Assembly (NCBI RefSeq): GCF_009914755.1
Contig: NC_060925.1
Direction: 5' to 3' (one strand)
DNA from: the human T2T-CHM13v2.0 reference genome, Homo sapiens
DNA length: 64,000 nucleotides
Every line of letters starts with the position of its first letter. The stretch's first letter is position 1. The notes beneath the pieces are model-generated. The model was not told the origin of the DNA. It was given only the letters and a program-made list of their open reading frames with translations, and did no database searches. Made by a program: the position numbers and the translations under genes. Of this stretch, positions 1-15,300 are shown piece by piece.

Positions 1-1449
1 GCGATGAAGAGGGAAGAGCAGAAGGAGGAGAAGATACAAAGTCAGGCTTTGGGAAGGCCTTACACCCGCCCAGGTGTGGCCTCCAGGTTCCTCTTCTCTA
101 CCTTGAAGCTGTCACTCCACTAAACTGTCTTAATCCATATGGACCAAGGTTAAATGGGTATTTGCGGGTTGCCTTTCTATTTCATGTGAATATTTCTAGA
201 CAACCTTTCTTTTTATTATATTCTCTAATTATTTTTATGGTGTATAGAAATAGATGTTTATATTAATCTTATGTACTGCAATGCTCTCATTAGCTCTAAT
301 AATCTGTCTATAGAGTCTCTTGAATTTTCTATGTTGACAGACATACGGTCTGTGAGATTTATCTTTTGTTAATAATCATCTTGTTAAATCACATTTTCAA
401 GAAGTACATCGTAACACAAGGAAATGTTCATGATGTAAATTTAAGTGAAAAGAGGGCAGGCAAGTTGTACAGGGACTTGGCTCTATTTATTCTTTCCTCG
501 GACAAATAGAAGGCATCTGGCTGAGGGGTAAGTTGGGGCTAAAGCCAGCCTGAACTTTATGTACAAGCCATAACCCCTGGCATGGGACAGTGTCCACCTG
601 CAGAAAAGAGCATTTTTACTAATTTCCACAAAGGTATCCTATGTGGTAGTCACTACCTTGATAAAACTACAGATCATATCATCCATACACGTAGTAAGCT
701 TAGAACAAATGACTGGAAGGAGACACACGAAAGTGTGGCTGAGTGAGAATTAACAGAGGACAGTCTAGGGCCCTAGGGTGTCCAGAGGAAGACACCAAGG
801 AGCCAAGGCCCAGGTTTTAGTGGATGACCCTGGGCATGTTCACTGGCACTCAGCGTGTGCTAGGATAGTAAAATCAGGACCCCACAACGTTGCTGAAGTT
901 TGCACTAACAAAGGTGCTCCTACCAACCCCTCCTCCATGTAGGCCTCAAATAGAGTGAACATACTACAAAACGCACAAGGCCACTGTCTCCACTGGCTGA
1001 AACTGTGCAAGAAGAGCCTCAGCTTGAGGGTAGCAAAGCTCTGTCGACATCTCCAAAGTACGCTCTTCTGAGGAAATTCCTGGAATCTAAGATAATTACT
1101 CCGAGGGAGCTGAAAGGTTTACTGAACTTTGCCAGTTCCTGGCAGCTGCTTTGCACATAGCAAAGATAATAATTGTATAAGCTCCAGGAGCAACTTGCTA
1201 TCAAAAGCCAAAAGGGAATGGAACCAAATGTAAACTTACTTGCCACATAAATGTTGGGGAGAAAGAATGACCAAGAGGTCTGGTATGTGAAGTGTGAGGC
1301 ACTTATTTGAAAGTCGGATGTTCATATGTGCCTGACTAAACAGCATTACCATCCAAATCAGCACTTCGCGGTGGTGAGAATCCTCTCAGGATGTTCAAAG
1401 AGTGGAGAAGGTGACAAGAAAGTGGTGAGGCTGGGGCTGTGGTGGCTTA

Positions 1450-1620
<171 letters not shown>

Positions 1621-1769
1621 CTAGAGGGTGGAGAGGACATCTGAGACGCTGCACTAACAGCTAGTTAAAGCAGAAATCAGTGAAGGAAAGGAAATTTGAG
1701 AAGCAGGAAGGGTTTGGTAGCTGGAAGACATTCCTTGCTAGATTTCAGCAGGAGGAGGGATGGAATTTA

Positions 1770-1925
<156 letters not shown>

Positions 1926-1999
1926 CTAAAAACCATGTAAACAAACAAACAAGACGGTTTTAATTTTTTTTTCCTGTTATCACTCATGAGAGTTTCTCA

Positions 2000-2293
<294 letters not shown>

Positions 2294-3596
2294 TTACAAA
2301 CCAGCTTTTAACTCTTTTCCCACTGCTGCTGCCTCCAGGAAGGAGTCCAAACCCTCATCCTGGCCTCTGAGGCCCTTCTGCATCTGGTCTGTGCCCCTCT
2401 CCAACTTCATCCTTCCTCAGCCCTTCCCTGGAGTGGCCTATTCTGGACATATCGAGTCACTTCCAGAGCTCCTCATGGCCCAGACTGCCTGCATGTCTCT
2501 GCCTTTGCATGGCTGCTAGCTCCCCTCGGCACCTTTCCCTTTTGGGAGCATCGAGCCAACTCCAGGTCCTCTTTCACATGTCACATGTCATCTCCTCCCA
2601 TCCCAGCCAAGGACTCCTTTTCTGTGCCACCTCTGTGCTTTGCAGGTACTTCTAGCAGCACAGGACCCATCTTCATCCTGTCATCCCTACCTCTCGGGGC
2701 TTCTGTGCCTCACACCTGTTCAGGGAGGCCCTTAGCCTCTCCTGCCTGGACTTGTGCCCTGCTTCTTCACTGGCCCTGGGATCTATCTCCTGTACTGCCC
2801 TGGAAGTCTGAAGTGACTGTGTGGAAACACCAGTCTGAGTGCATCACTCCCTGGCCTCAAACCCTTCAAAGGCAGGGCAGAAGCCAAAGTCAACAGAACA
2901 GAATGAATTAGCTGGTTATACCAAGCAGAGGAGGAGCTCTTTCTCAGGGCCTTGAATCACTGCCTCACTCCTACTCTCTGTCTCAGCCGAGGCCCCACAG
3001 GTCCCTCTGGAGAGCAATCCTGAAAGCCAGATTTCATGTGTACGGTCTAGAATCTGCCCAGGAAAGCACATACATGTCAGCCCCGCACCTGTTCTGGAGG
3101 TGCAGTTCCTGAGGGAGGCTGGGAGGCAGCAGGCTCCTAGAGTCCCACTTGATGAGGTTCTAAACCTCTGGAAATATTTCAACCTCCAGGATGCCTCAGG
3201 AATGGGGTGAGTCTGGGGCTGGCCCACACTCCCTGAAGCTTAAAAGGAATGGGCCAAGGAGTGTCCCGGGTTTAGGCTACAAGGCCCTCTTGTTGGAGTA
3301 TTATAAACTGTTATATACTTGGAGGTTTTAGAAGCTTTTTTTGGGTGAGAATGCTCTGAAACGCCACATCAGGGAATGCCACCCCCACTTATGTCCTCCA
3401 AGAAGAGGCACCACTGAGTGTCTTCTGAGTCTGGGATGTCCCTAGCCACATATTCTTCAGGACGTGTCTTGTGACTTCCTGAGCACCTACAGAACAGCCC
3501 CTCCTCATGGCTGTGAGGTGTGCCTTTTAAAAGTGTGCAATTATTTCAACAATGAATCAATCTGAGATTTTAATTCTGATAAAAATAGTTTCTTAC

Positions 3597-3629
3597 CTCT
3601 GTTCATTGACCCAGAATTTGCTCTTTAAG
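3597..3629 (-). CDS. ABCA4: ABCA4 exon 32 (33 nt)
   Basis: LKSKFWVNEQR; cag|, |gtaaga. Confidence 0.97.
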
Positions 3630-5163
3630 CTGAAAGCCAAAATAAAATAATGCAATGAATACCACAAGTACAGCAGTGCCGTTAACTTTCTTTCCCAAAC
3701 ATTCATTTTGAAGACTGAAGTCTCAGTCTTCAGGGGCATTTTTGCATTTTCCGATATCCAAGCAATGCGGAAGCCGCCCAGCCCTGGGACATTGCCTGAA
3801 TACACATGCAGAGAAAGGACCTATGATTTCCCCCACTGGCTCTCCAAATCATATCCCGCATGCTGGACTTTCTGAGTGGTCCTGTTGTCAGGTCATATGT
3901 CAGGTCAATATGCCTGATCTGGACCCAGAACACACGGCAATGACCATGTCAGTGTGGAATGAAGGCTGCAGCCCTCCTGTCTTCCACCCTGCAAAAATGA
4001 GACTCTAACAACCACCTGCACACCTCGGGGGAGTTCCGACTCACTCCACAGCCCAAAGTTAAGGCACTGACATTCAGTCAATCAAGGGTAAAATGACAAA
4101 ATGGGAAATGAACAGATGCCAACTCTGGACCCCAGAGCTCAATCCCATGAACTGTCATTGTCATCCACCTTTAAGCACACACGCACAAAATCCAAAATTT
4201 CATACTGTAGATTTGCTGCTGAGAACTCAGTTTGGGATGGTTGCTGTTTATTGCATTCTATTTATTCTGCTTTTATTTTGGGGCTTGGATGGCATTCTTT
4301 GTTTTGCTAAATGCTTTCACCATTTGCAGTGTGTTCTAGTTAATTAAGTCAATTTATCCCTCGTTCAGGGCTCTGGCAGGTGAAGCAACAGAAAGTCCTA
4401 CTAAAGTTAGACAGGAGGTTTTATCTTAAAGCCCCAGAGCCTGTGCGGACTGGACCACGCTTCCTTAGGATCCTCTCTCCTGGCATGGCATGCCCCTGTC
4501 AAGCTGCTTGTTCTGATACGGGCTGCCAAAGCTGTTCCATCCTGGATGGGGCTGATAAGAACAGCTGGAGAGCCAAGAGAACTAGATATTTCTTGAAAAG
4601 TTCATTGGCATCTCAAAGGGCAGTGATCACAGATGATAATTCACAGTTAGAATATGACAGCTGCAGTTGACCTGGCTCGCCCTGGCGTGTGCTGGACTCA
4701 GACACTGTCCCGCTGCCTCTTTCCCACCCTATCTTTTTCCTTTCTCTTTTTTGCCACTTACTTATTTTCTCTTTTTCTTCTACCTTTTCCCCTATACTCC
4801 TCCACCTCCCTCCAAATTTTTACTCTCTCTTTTAACTAGTTAAAATATGTGGCTGCATTTTTGAATAACTTCTATGGTCTTCTGATATAACTTTTAATAA
4901 TACGTGGGTTAAAATTTAAGACTGCTTGCCCTAAATGTAAAAACAAACAAACAAACAACAAAAAAAGAATTAATCTTAAGTTACATTTTACTTGTATGTG
5001 CCTCAATTGCTTTTTATGTTGAATGGGGCCCTCAAATCAGATAAAAAAGAAAAAAATCTACTGCCCTGATCATACATAAATTGAGAGAGAAAATTATCTT
5101 CTGTCCCTAGTTAATATCTTCTACAGGGAGCCAGGATAAAAAGCATAAAAGGATTTCTTCTTA

Positions 5164-5349
<186 letters not shown>

Positions 5350-5439
5350 TTATGGATTGAGCTGCTGAGAAAATACTAAATAAAGTACTGGCATCTCCCT
5401 AGTTCTCACTTCAATGATGTGTAACTCATCTTTGATGCC

Positions 5440-6160
5440 TCTTTTTTCGCCAATCCATTGACAAGACAGAATGGCGTCACTCCAAAACAAATCTCCAATC
5501 CATCTGCGTTTCTCCAGCTCCAATACTGCCACGCTACCCAAGCCACCACCTAGACCACTAGAGAAACTTCCACATGGGTCTGCCTGATTCTGTCCTTGGT
5601 CTGCCAACTTCCGTTTTCCACCCAGCAGCCAGCTTGAACTATAAAAATGTAAACCCGAGCACCTCAGTCACCTTGCTTACTTATCCACTCCAATAAACCC
5701 TGGGATCAAATCTCGACTCACTACCAAGGCCCATGTGGCCGATGTGTGTGGCCCTGCCCCTCTCTGAGCTCACCTGCCACACTCCCCTCCCTGTCTCTCG
5801 GCGAGCACCTCTCTCTCCTGGTGCAGCTTTGTGCTTGGCTGTTCACTCTGCCTGGGAACTCTACCTGTAGACCCTCTCATGGCTCGCTTCAAATTTTATT
5901 CCTCGGAGAAATGTTCCTGGTTCCAGTCACTCTGTATTGTCATGTACTGTTGTGTTATCTTCATAGCTCTCATTTCCATCTGAGAGTTTCCTCCCGATGG
6001 ATCTGTTTACGTATTTGTATCTGTAATCCCCCGTAGGATATCATTTTGGTGAGAGCAGGGACTTTGCCTGATTTGTGAGCTGTTGTGTCCCCAGCACCCA
6101 GAATAGTGGGTGGCATACAGATGACACAGTTGATTTGTGACATTAATGAAAGAATTTGAA
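5440..6160 (+). mobile_element. L2 fragment
   Basis: L2-like body and 3' end (GAGAGCAGGGAC...CCCCAGCACCCAGAATAGTG); boundaries approximate. Confidence 0.6.
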
Positions 6161-7119
6161 TAGTTCCTTACAATTTACAAATCACTTTCAAAATACATCT
6201 AGGACTGGAAGCTAGTTCATCGAAATATTTTGGAAAATTCAAAGGTGCATGGGTTTGTCCACCAGGTGGCAATATTACTGCAAATCTGGGAACACATTCC
6301 GCTTACATTCTCATAAAAGCATTCACTCTGTCAAGGGTGCTGCCCAGAAGTAGTTGAGGGGATTTTGGTGGCATTACACCGCCGTTATTGCGCACCATTC
6401 TTTCCTTTTCATACACTTTCTATCTCCTCCCCCTGTTTTCCCATTTGACTTTCCTCTTCTTTAATTCACTCTTTTCACCTTGTTTCTCTCTCTCCTGCCA
6501 GGAGGAGAGCTGGCACCTACCGAATGCTCCCTGTGTGTCGGGCACTATGTTAAATGCCCTACATACACGATCTCACTTCATCCTGACACTCTTTGAAAGA
6601 AGAATTTTTAGCTTAATTTACAGACAGAGAAACTGAGGTTCAGAACAGTTAGCTGACTTGCACTGACTGGGCTGCAAACTTGCAGGTGGGTGGCCCAGGG
6701 CCTAGGAACTGAATCTGCCTCTGTCTCCTCCTTGCTCTTTTCACTGAGTCACCTGCTTCTCAAGCTGAAAGTGGCACTCAGACACCGGCCAAGCTCCCCT
6801 GGTGGAATCCAGGTTGGAAAAATTGCTGCTGGCTGCGATAGCTTATGATAAATTGTTTTATAAAAGTTCTGCCCAATAAAATATTTGTGTAACCCTATCT
6901 CCACATATACTAGAAGTCAGGGACAGAGTGCTTCCACCTCAGGACCCACCACATTCAAAGAATGTTAGAGCAGGGAGGGTCCCTAGAGATGACCACATTG
7001 CCCCATTTCCCAGATGAGAACAACTGATTGTCTCTGAATCAGGCCCACGCCCTCTGGACTTATTCCAGGCTGAATGAGGGATTGTGTTTGAGTGGCTAGG
7101 GTGAGCAGATGTGAATAAG

Positions 7120-7312
7120 AGTGTGGGTTTGTGAGTGTGTGTGTGTGAGAAAGAGAGAGAGAGAGAAAGATAGAGAGAGAATGAGAAAGAGATTGAGAGA
7201 AAGAGTGAGAAAGAGTGAGAGAGTGAGAGATAAAGAGTAAGAGATAGATAGAGACAGAGAGATTGAGAGAGAAAGAGAGAGAGAGAAAAAGAGTGAGTGA
7301 GAGAGACAGAGC
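7120..7312. repeat. Compound (GT)n/(GA)n microsatellite
   Basis: GTGTGT run followed by ~160 nt of imperfect GA repeats. Confidence 0.95.
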
Positions 7313-8835
7313 GCGCACAGCTCCTGTGCATATGCGTGGCATTCAGTTTTGCTCCAATGGAAGGCACGTATAATAGTGAGGAAATGCAGAAGTGAAAGAA
7401 AATGGCAGGAACTGGCTTGCCTTTTTCCAGGACTTTGGCTGTTACATTTTGTCCAGGGACCAAGGACCAACACTACTGAAAATAAGTTTCTAAGCTGGAC
7501 AGACCGCGTGGAAGTAAGGGTTCGTTTAGGAAATGAAACACCATGTAGGTAGGCTTGGCCTCCCCTCCCTCGCCCTGGCCAAGAGCTCAGGGTACAGTAT
7601 CACAGCCTTGACGTCCTGATGCTGGAGGGTTTTGAGTGGAGGCAGCCACAGGAGCCCTCAGCATTGACAGCAAAGCAAACAAGCAAAGCTTCCTCTTGGG
7701 GCACAGAGGACTGAGACAAGTTCCTTGGGTCCTTCTTTTGGGATCCCTATGATGCAGCAGATGAGCTGTGATTCAAAGAGAGAAAATATTGCTTGAGAAA
7801 TATAAAGATACATGCTTTAGAATATAAAAAAGAGCAGGGATCGGGTGTTCTTGGCCTAGAACCATTTATAAACCAGACTGTGATAGGTGCTGTGGCAAAA
7901 TCTAGTTGCTCCCATTATTTGCTCCTCCCTGCTGCCTTAGCCATAGCCTTTTTTGTTGGGTTTGTAAGTGGAAGTACTATGTGGGAACTTCAGAAAACCT
8001 TCCCTAAACATAGCACATGTGCACACTCTGCCCTCTGTTTTGCTTCATCCTTCTTCCATTCCGCTGCCTGGAAGGCAGCTCCTGCCTTATTGGCTGATGA
8101 GGCTGAGGCCTGTTTAGTGTGGAGGAGAAAGAGAATAGAACATCGTGCACCACCCACGTAGACTTTTAGATGAGTGAGAAACAAGTTGTGTCTTGTTTTA
8201 TCTGCTGTTAGTTTGGGGTTGTCATCACTTGAGTTGAATCTAATTCTAAATAATTCCTTGCCCACATGATTTCATTAAATCCTCATAATAATATTATGAA
8301 ATAAGCAGTTATTCCCAATTCACAGGTGATAAAATTAAGGCTCAGAGAGGTCAAGTAGTCCACCTGGGGCTCTCCGTGTCCCATACCTGTGCTTTCCCAC
8401 TGAACTGCATAGCCTGTTTGGGAACAGTTTATTCATTGACAAATCATTGGACAGGGCTGTCTAAGGCCCAGCCCTGGCAAGTCAGCTGGGAGGCCCATTA
8501 TCAACCACGGACACAGCCTTCTTTGATGTCTCTAAATCCCCCAGGAGATGCTCACTGTAATCTGTTCTGGACTTTAGAACTCCCAGGACAGGGTGCTGCT
8601 CAGAGCCAAGATCATTAATGTCCCTGCAAAAGATGGATGCTGGCTGTGCATGTATTTGTGTACATACCTGCAGATGTTAGAGACACAGCACATGGAGAGC
8701 TTCTTAATTAAGACTGTTAATAAGTGTGTAAACACATTTCCATTTGAATGTACATCATAGCATTGCTTATAATGGTGAAAACTAAAAAACCTAAGTGGCG
8801 AATAATGGGAGATCAGTTAATTTAAAGTAACTTTA

Positions 8836-9143
8836 GGCCAGGAGCAGTGGCTGACGCTTGTAATCCTAGCACTCTGGGAGGCAGAGGTGGGTAGATCACT
8901 TGAGGCCAGGAGTTCAACACCAGCCTGGCCAACATGGTAAAACCCCATCTGTACTAAAACTACCAAAAAAATTAGGCGGGCATGATGGTGCATGCCTGTA
9001 ATCCCCACTACTCGGGGGGGCTGAGGCACAAGAATTGAACCTGGGAGGCAGAGGTTGCAGTGAGCCGAGATCACACCGCTGCACTCCAACCTGGGTGACA
9101 GAGAGAGACTCTGTCTCAAAAAAAAAAAAAAAAAAAAAAAAAA
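8836..9143 (+). mobile_element. Alu (S/J-type), intron 30
   Basis: GGCCAGGAGCAGTGG start, two arms, A26 tail. Confidence 0.95.
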
Positions 9144-9606
9144 CGAAATTCAAACAATGGGATAATATACAGATATTAAAAGTGATGCAGATGTCTATTT
9201 ATTGACATGGATGCATGTTCCTAGTAAATTATGCAGTAAATCAGATTTTAAGACAATATTTGGAATATAATCTGTTTGGGTGGCTGCAAACCAAACATTA
9301 TCTGTGTTTATATCCAAGCGATGATTTTTTTCCTTCTGACTTACCTGTGTTTTCTAATTTTTCTATAATGAGCACATATGACTTAATTTTTTTTAGTGCT
9401 TAAACACATTTTTTCTACTAGATCAAATAGGAAGTATCTGGTGGAAAATGAAGCTTTTGGTGAGTGGCTTCCTCCAGTTGGCAGCCACAGCGCCCTGTGG
9501 GGAGCCCCTCCCAGAGGGTGCAGGGAGTTTGGTTTAGTCCCCTACTCAACTGCCAGTTTGAAATGTTAGTTTGTGAGAGACTCAGGAGATACCAGGGACT
9601 CCCCTA

Positions 9607-9873
<267 letters not shown>

Positions 9874-10639
9874 TCAGCCTCAAAGTTGCTGACAAATCCC
9901 TAGGCATAAGAAATTGTGCCCAACCCTTTCCTCCTCCTCTTTAGACCCAGGCCCTTTCTTCTTATTCTCTTGGAGGCTGGTTTCTGCTCAAGCAATATCA
10001 AAACTAGGGTTTTGTGACTGACTAGGTGTGGGGCTGGGGAATAACCATCTCTAGCTTGTGGATTGTTTTGTCTTCCTTTTTATTCCTAGCAGCTCTAGCT
10101 GTTGAGAGACACAGCAACCAGAAGAGGAATTTGAAATTAGTCTATTTTGGTCCTTATTGACAGCTTTGAAAAAGACTGAGGGAGAAAAGTTAAAATTATA
10201 TTGAACTTTTAGGATTCCTGGTGGATGTCAATGGCCTTCGCTAACTCCCTTCTCCAGACTCACAACTATCACAAAGTACTGGCCACTGTGTCACTCACGC
10301 CATTCAAGGCCCAATCACACAATAGCATAACCCTATTTCCCTCCCTCCCTGCTCAGAGGCCTTTCAAATAAGTTATGGGGAATCATCTGTCAACTCAACA
10401 TAGAACTTCTATGCTGAGAAATATAGAGCTGTCCAGTGGTGTGGGGGCTTCCTAGGAGGTAGTGAATGTCCCCGCACACAAGTGTGGAAGGAGAGGTTGG
10501 GGGAGTGCTGGTCAGAGACATGGAAGTGACCAGCAGAGCAGGATTGAGTGGGGCCTCCCCAACGCCTGCCATCTTGAACCCACCGTCGGGTCCTCCCAGG
10601 GGAGCTAGTCTTCTTAGGACAGGGGCGCGTAGGCACTTA

Positions 10640-10870
<231 letters not shown>

Positions 10871-11208
10871 CTAGCTCTCCTGGGAGTGCGGTAGGCTGCC
10901 TGAACACTCACAGTGGTCTGATGGCATGTCACCTATGCCTCAAAAAGATGGCGCTTCAACCCATTCACCTAAGCTTTGCATTCCTTTCCCCATTCGGCCT
11001 TCCCAAGCAGTCCTGCCTGTCCACTAGGATCGCCTTTCCAAGCAGTGGCAGATACATTAAGTTCCTTTCTGCAGGCAGCCCAAAGACCCCTCCCCTCTCT
11101 CATTGGTGAAGGTCCCAGTGAAGTGGGAAGGTCAGGGCCCTTCTAAGCAGCATGTGACCCAGGTGCCCCAAACCCACAGAGGAGAATGGTGACCCCGAGT
11201 CCGCGCAC

Positions 11209-11333
11209 CTGAAGAAGGTGTACTGCTGCCCATATATCCAGGGGTGAAGGGTCAAAGCGGGGTATTCGCCAAAAGGAGGGATAACAATAGAAAGCATCAG
11301 AGCCAAAAACACAAAGGTAGCCGGGAGCACGAT
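11209..11333 (-). CDS. ABCA4: ABCA4 exon 28 (125 nt), TM7
   Basis: [12 protein letters not shown]...QQYTFF; cag|, |gtgcgc. Confidence 0.97.
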
Positions 11334-11969
11334 CTGTGGGAGAATAGACGTGGAATAAACATGACTGTGGCATGGAGATGTCACACGTGCGCGTGCACAC
11401 ACATCTTCATTCTTTTAAACATTTATCCTGCAGCCTCCTAATCAGCCCCTGGTGGAGAGGGTTGGGCTTCTGGGGGAACATAATAAGCAGGGTGTGCAAA
11501 GGTAAGATGTGCAGAAGAAAACAGAATGTTCTGGTGGCCACTGAAGAATCTGAATGCAGCCCAGTGTTCAGCCAGACTTCAAAGGGCATTTCAAAGAGCA
11601 AGTCACGTGACTCACTGTTCTTTAAACCAGAGCTTCTTTTTCTAAATTAAACAACATTAAAAGAAAAAAGAGGGCAATGATTTTGATATGTAGGGTCACT
11701 GCAAAAATGAATGAAAACATGACTTTATCCCTCACTGTAAAAATAAAAACAATATTAACATTTTCACTATTATTCTATTTTCTTTGCTAGGGGAGGTCCA
11801 ACTTACAAAGAAGATTCATGTTACCAAGAATCAAAATAAGGGTTTGGAAAGCAGGAAACAAAACCAGCAGAATCTAAAGAGGGTGCTCCTTGCTGAGTTA
11901 TAACCCATGCCTGAAGGAACACTCAGGAGAGGAGGGGAAGGCTGGGAGAGGAGCCACTGAGCTCAGCTA

Positions 11970-12293
<324 letters not shown>

Positions 12294-12551
12294 CTATAAG
12301 GTCTGGATCTCTAATGCCATTTTTTTTTTCCCTTACAGCATTGATTTTCCTCTTCATTTAAGTCAGCAATGAAATACCAGGCTGGTAGCTTAATCATCTT
12401 TATAAAAATCTATTTCTAGTGTAAATTACTTATACAGAGAAATTGTATAGATTCACCTGAAATTGCCTTAAAATTCTCTATTAACATTAAAGAGAACAAA
12501 ATAGCTCTAAAAGCATTGACATGGAGAAGTTTAAAATACGTAACTTGGTTA

Positions 12552-12885
<334 letters not shown>

Positions 12886-13355
12886 CTAAGGTGCTGGTCA
12901 ATATGTGTAATACACTCACATTTATGTTTAAAATTCATGTTCATGTATCCTACACAAAGAAAAACTGACATCTTATGTACACACACACACATAATTGTAA
13001 AACTCTGAAAGAATGTCCACCGACTGTCAGCAGAAGCTCTCCCTGGGGAGGCAGAGTTGGGTAGAAAGGGGAGAGGAAGTGGGAAGCGAGACTTTAGCCT
13101 TTTGTGTATTATATGAATTTTTAAACAACAAAATACATTCACCTATTACCTGTGTACTTAAACAAATGAAAAATCAGAGTCGATGTGGTTCTTTCTGAAT
13201 TCTTAGAGGATACTGAGAAGTGGTAGAAAAAGTAATGAACTAAGAGTTAGGGGACTGAGGTTTGAATATGGATTCTTACAAGATACATAAATTTGGGGAA
13301 GTGACTCAATCTGCCTAAATCTGAGTTTTCTCAGACTTCTTATCTGTAAAATGAA

Positions 13356-13666
13356 GGCATGGTGGCTCATGCCTGTAATCCCAGCACTTTGGGAGGCCAA
13401 GCCAGGAGGATTGATTGACCCCAGGAGTTTCAGATCAGCCTGTACAACATAGGGAGACCCTGTCTCTACAAACAACTAGAAAAGAAATTAGCCAGGCACG
13501 GTGGCGTGTGCCTGTAGTCCCAGCTACTTGGGAGGCTGAGGTGGGAGGACCCCTTGGGCCCAGGAGGTCAAGGCTGCAGTGAGCTATGATCGAGCCGCTG
13601 TATTCCAGCCTGGGTGACAGAGCAAAACTCTATCTCAAAAAAAAAAAAAAAAGAAAAAAAAAAAGA
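13356..13666 (+). mobile_element. AluJ-like element inserted into a MIR
   Basis: J-type features (AGGGAGACCC, GCTGCAGTGAGCTATGATC); MIR-like sequence on both flanks (~13230-13355, ~13668-13750). Confidence 0.9.
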
Positions 13667-14322
13667 ACATTTCACAGGATTGGTTTGGAAATTTAAATGA
13701 GATAACACATGGGAGCATGCTCTAGAAACCATTGCAAGTTGTCGGTTATGTTGAAGCTACAGTTTATAGTCACTGATTAATGCTCATTTGCCGAACAACT
13801 ATTGCTGGACATGGAGAGCCTAGAGGACTGTTGGTTGGTCCCCAGCTGCTTTCTTAACCCTCCTCAAGTCCCCCAGGACAAGGACAGTTGTAAAGGGAAT
13901 TGGATCAGCTCAGTCATCCTTTCAACTACATTTACCTATGACGTGCCAGGCCTGGGATGCGAAGGCTGGGTGGCAGCCCCAGCCCTGGCACCTGCACTCA
14001 GAGGGGCGAAGTTCTGCAGGTTCTCGGTGCCAGAGCCCCAGTTCTGCAGGCTCCTTCTCCTGATCCGGGCTCAGATTTGATGTCTTCTATGGCTGGCCCT
14101 CCCTCTGGGAGGATCCCTACTGCCCCTCCTCTTTGCTGGCTGATATCATCTCAAACCTCTGAGCTTTGATCTCTCCCTGAAGGCTCCATCCTGACTGGAG
14201 CCCACTGACCTGGCCAGAGCTAAGGGTTCCAGGCCTATTCAGAATCGCCAGTTTGTCCCTAGCTATCTGCTGCTTTCTAGTTACTGACTATGAGTCACCC
14301 CTTCAGAAGTGGCATTGACCCT

Positions 14323-14700
14323 TGTTGGAGGCTGCACAAATGTTTCTTATGATTAGGCATAATTGAAATCTGTCAGTAACAACATGAACCTGTGATCATT
14401 TAAGCAGCTGACCCAATCATTACCTCCTGCTCCTTCCTCCTGTTACCCAATAAATAATGAAGGGCTGCAGAAGCTTAGGGAGCTGCCTTTACTCATTAGA
14501 AGCAGGGAGCCCTTTTCTTCTTCTCTTCTTCTCTGTTCTTCTTCCCGATGCTAGCCTTTCCTTAAAACAGTTACTTTGGTTTTTTTGTTATCATTTCCAT
14601 GTTGATCCCTTCGTTCAGTCTTGTAATGATGTTCTCAGGCAGTAACAGTAGTAACTGCTGTAATGATGGTCTCACGTAGTAACCGTGGCAGTCAGCCACA
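14323..14700 (+). mobile_element. Solo LTR, probably HERV-K HML-5/LTR22-like
   Basis: TG...CA termini, 6-bp TSD GACCCT (14317, 14701), internal AATAAA; family assigned from memory of the ...GGCAGTCAGCCACA end. Confidence 0.75.
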
Positions 14701-14829
14701 GACCCTCTCCATGCCACGCATTGTGTGACCCCAATGCACAGCTACAGGTTCATTTAAACACTGGAGACAAGATCAGAAAATGTCATCCTCTGAGACTGAG
14801 CTAACTCAAAACAAATGTACTTAGCCATC

Positions 14830-15300
14830 TGAAAAGTGGCTGAGAGTGTGGCATTGAGCATCCTAGATTACAGAGCTAAGACCAGAGAGTGAGACCCAGT
14901 GGCCTGGGTGACTTTAGGCAAACCCTCCAACCTCTGTGAGCTCAGTTCCCCCCAGATGGGGCAGACCCCTGCCCTGCCTGCTTCATAAGATTACAGTGAT
15001 AATCAAATAAGACAATGGATGTTAAGTGCTTTGAGGTAAGAGATGGTTTGTAAACATTTAGTTTAGAGTTGCTAAGTCTTAATCAGTGATCGTATACTGT
15101 GTTATAAGTCGGCAAGCATTAACTCACTTAATTCTCTCAACAATGCTACAGGTAGATGCTATTATTATCTCCATTTTGCAGATGGGGAAACAGGTACAAA
15201 GAGGCTATGTACTTACCCAAAGCCAGTTAGTTTGCAAATTATGAAGCTCAGGTTTGATATTTGGTCGGCCTCACTCCAGAGGCTACACTCTTACCCACTC
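14830..15300. mobile_element. Two adjacent MIRs in opposite orientation
   Basis: + core GTGACTTTAGGCAA...CTCTGTGAGCTCAGTT, then - core ATTTTGCAGATGGGGAAAC. Confidence 0.6.

Noticed and set aside
3597-3629. 33-nt exon 32 as a regulated neural microexon
   Set aside because: Strong splice sites and conserved ABCA-family sequence (WVNEQRYGG); no sequence evidence for alternative use.
6939-7473. Three overlapping long ORFs (119-174 aa) rich in S/L/F
   Set aside because: Artefacts of the stop-free CT/CA microsatellite; no protein-like content.
8817-9153. ORFs with [10 protein letters not shown]-type peptides (also at 12657, 22121, 26236, 38637)
   Set aside because: Alu translations.
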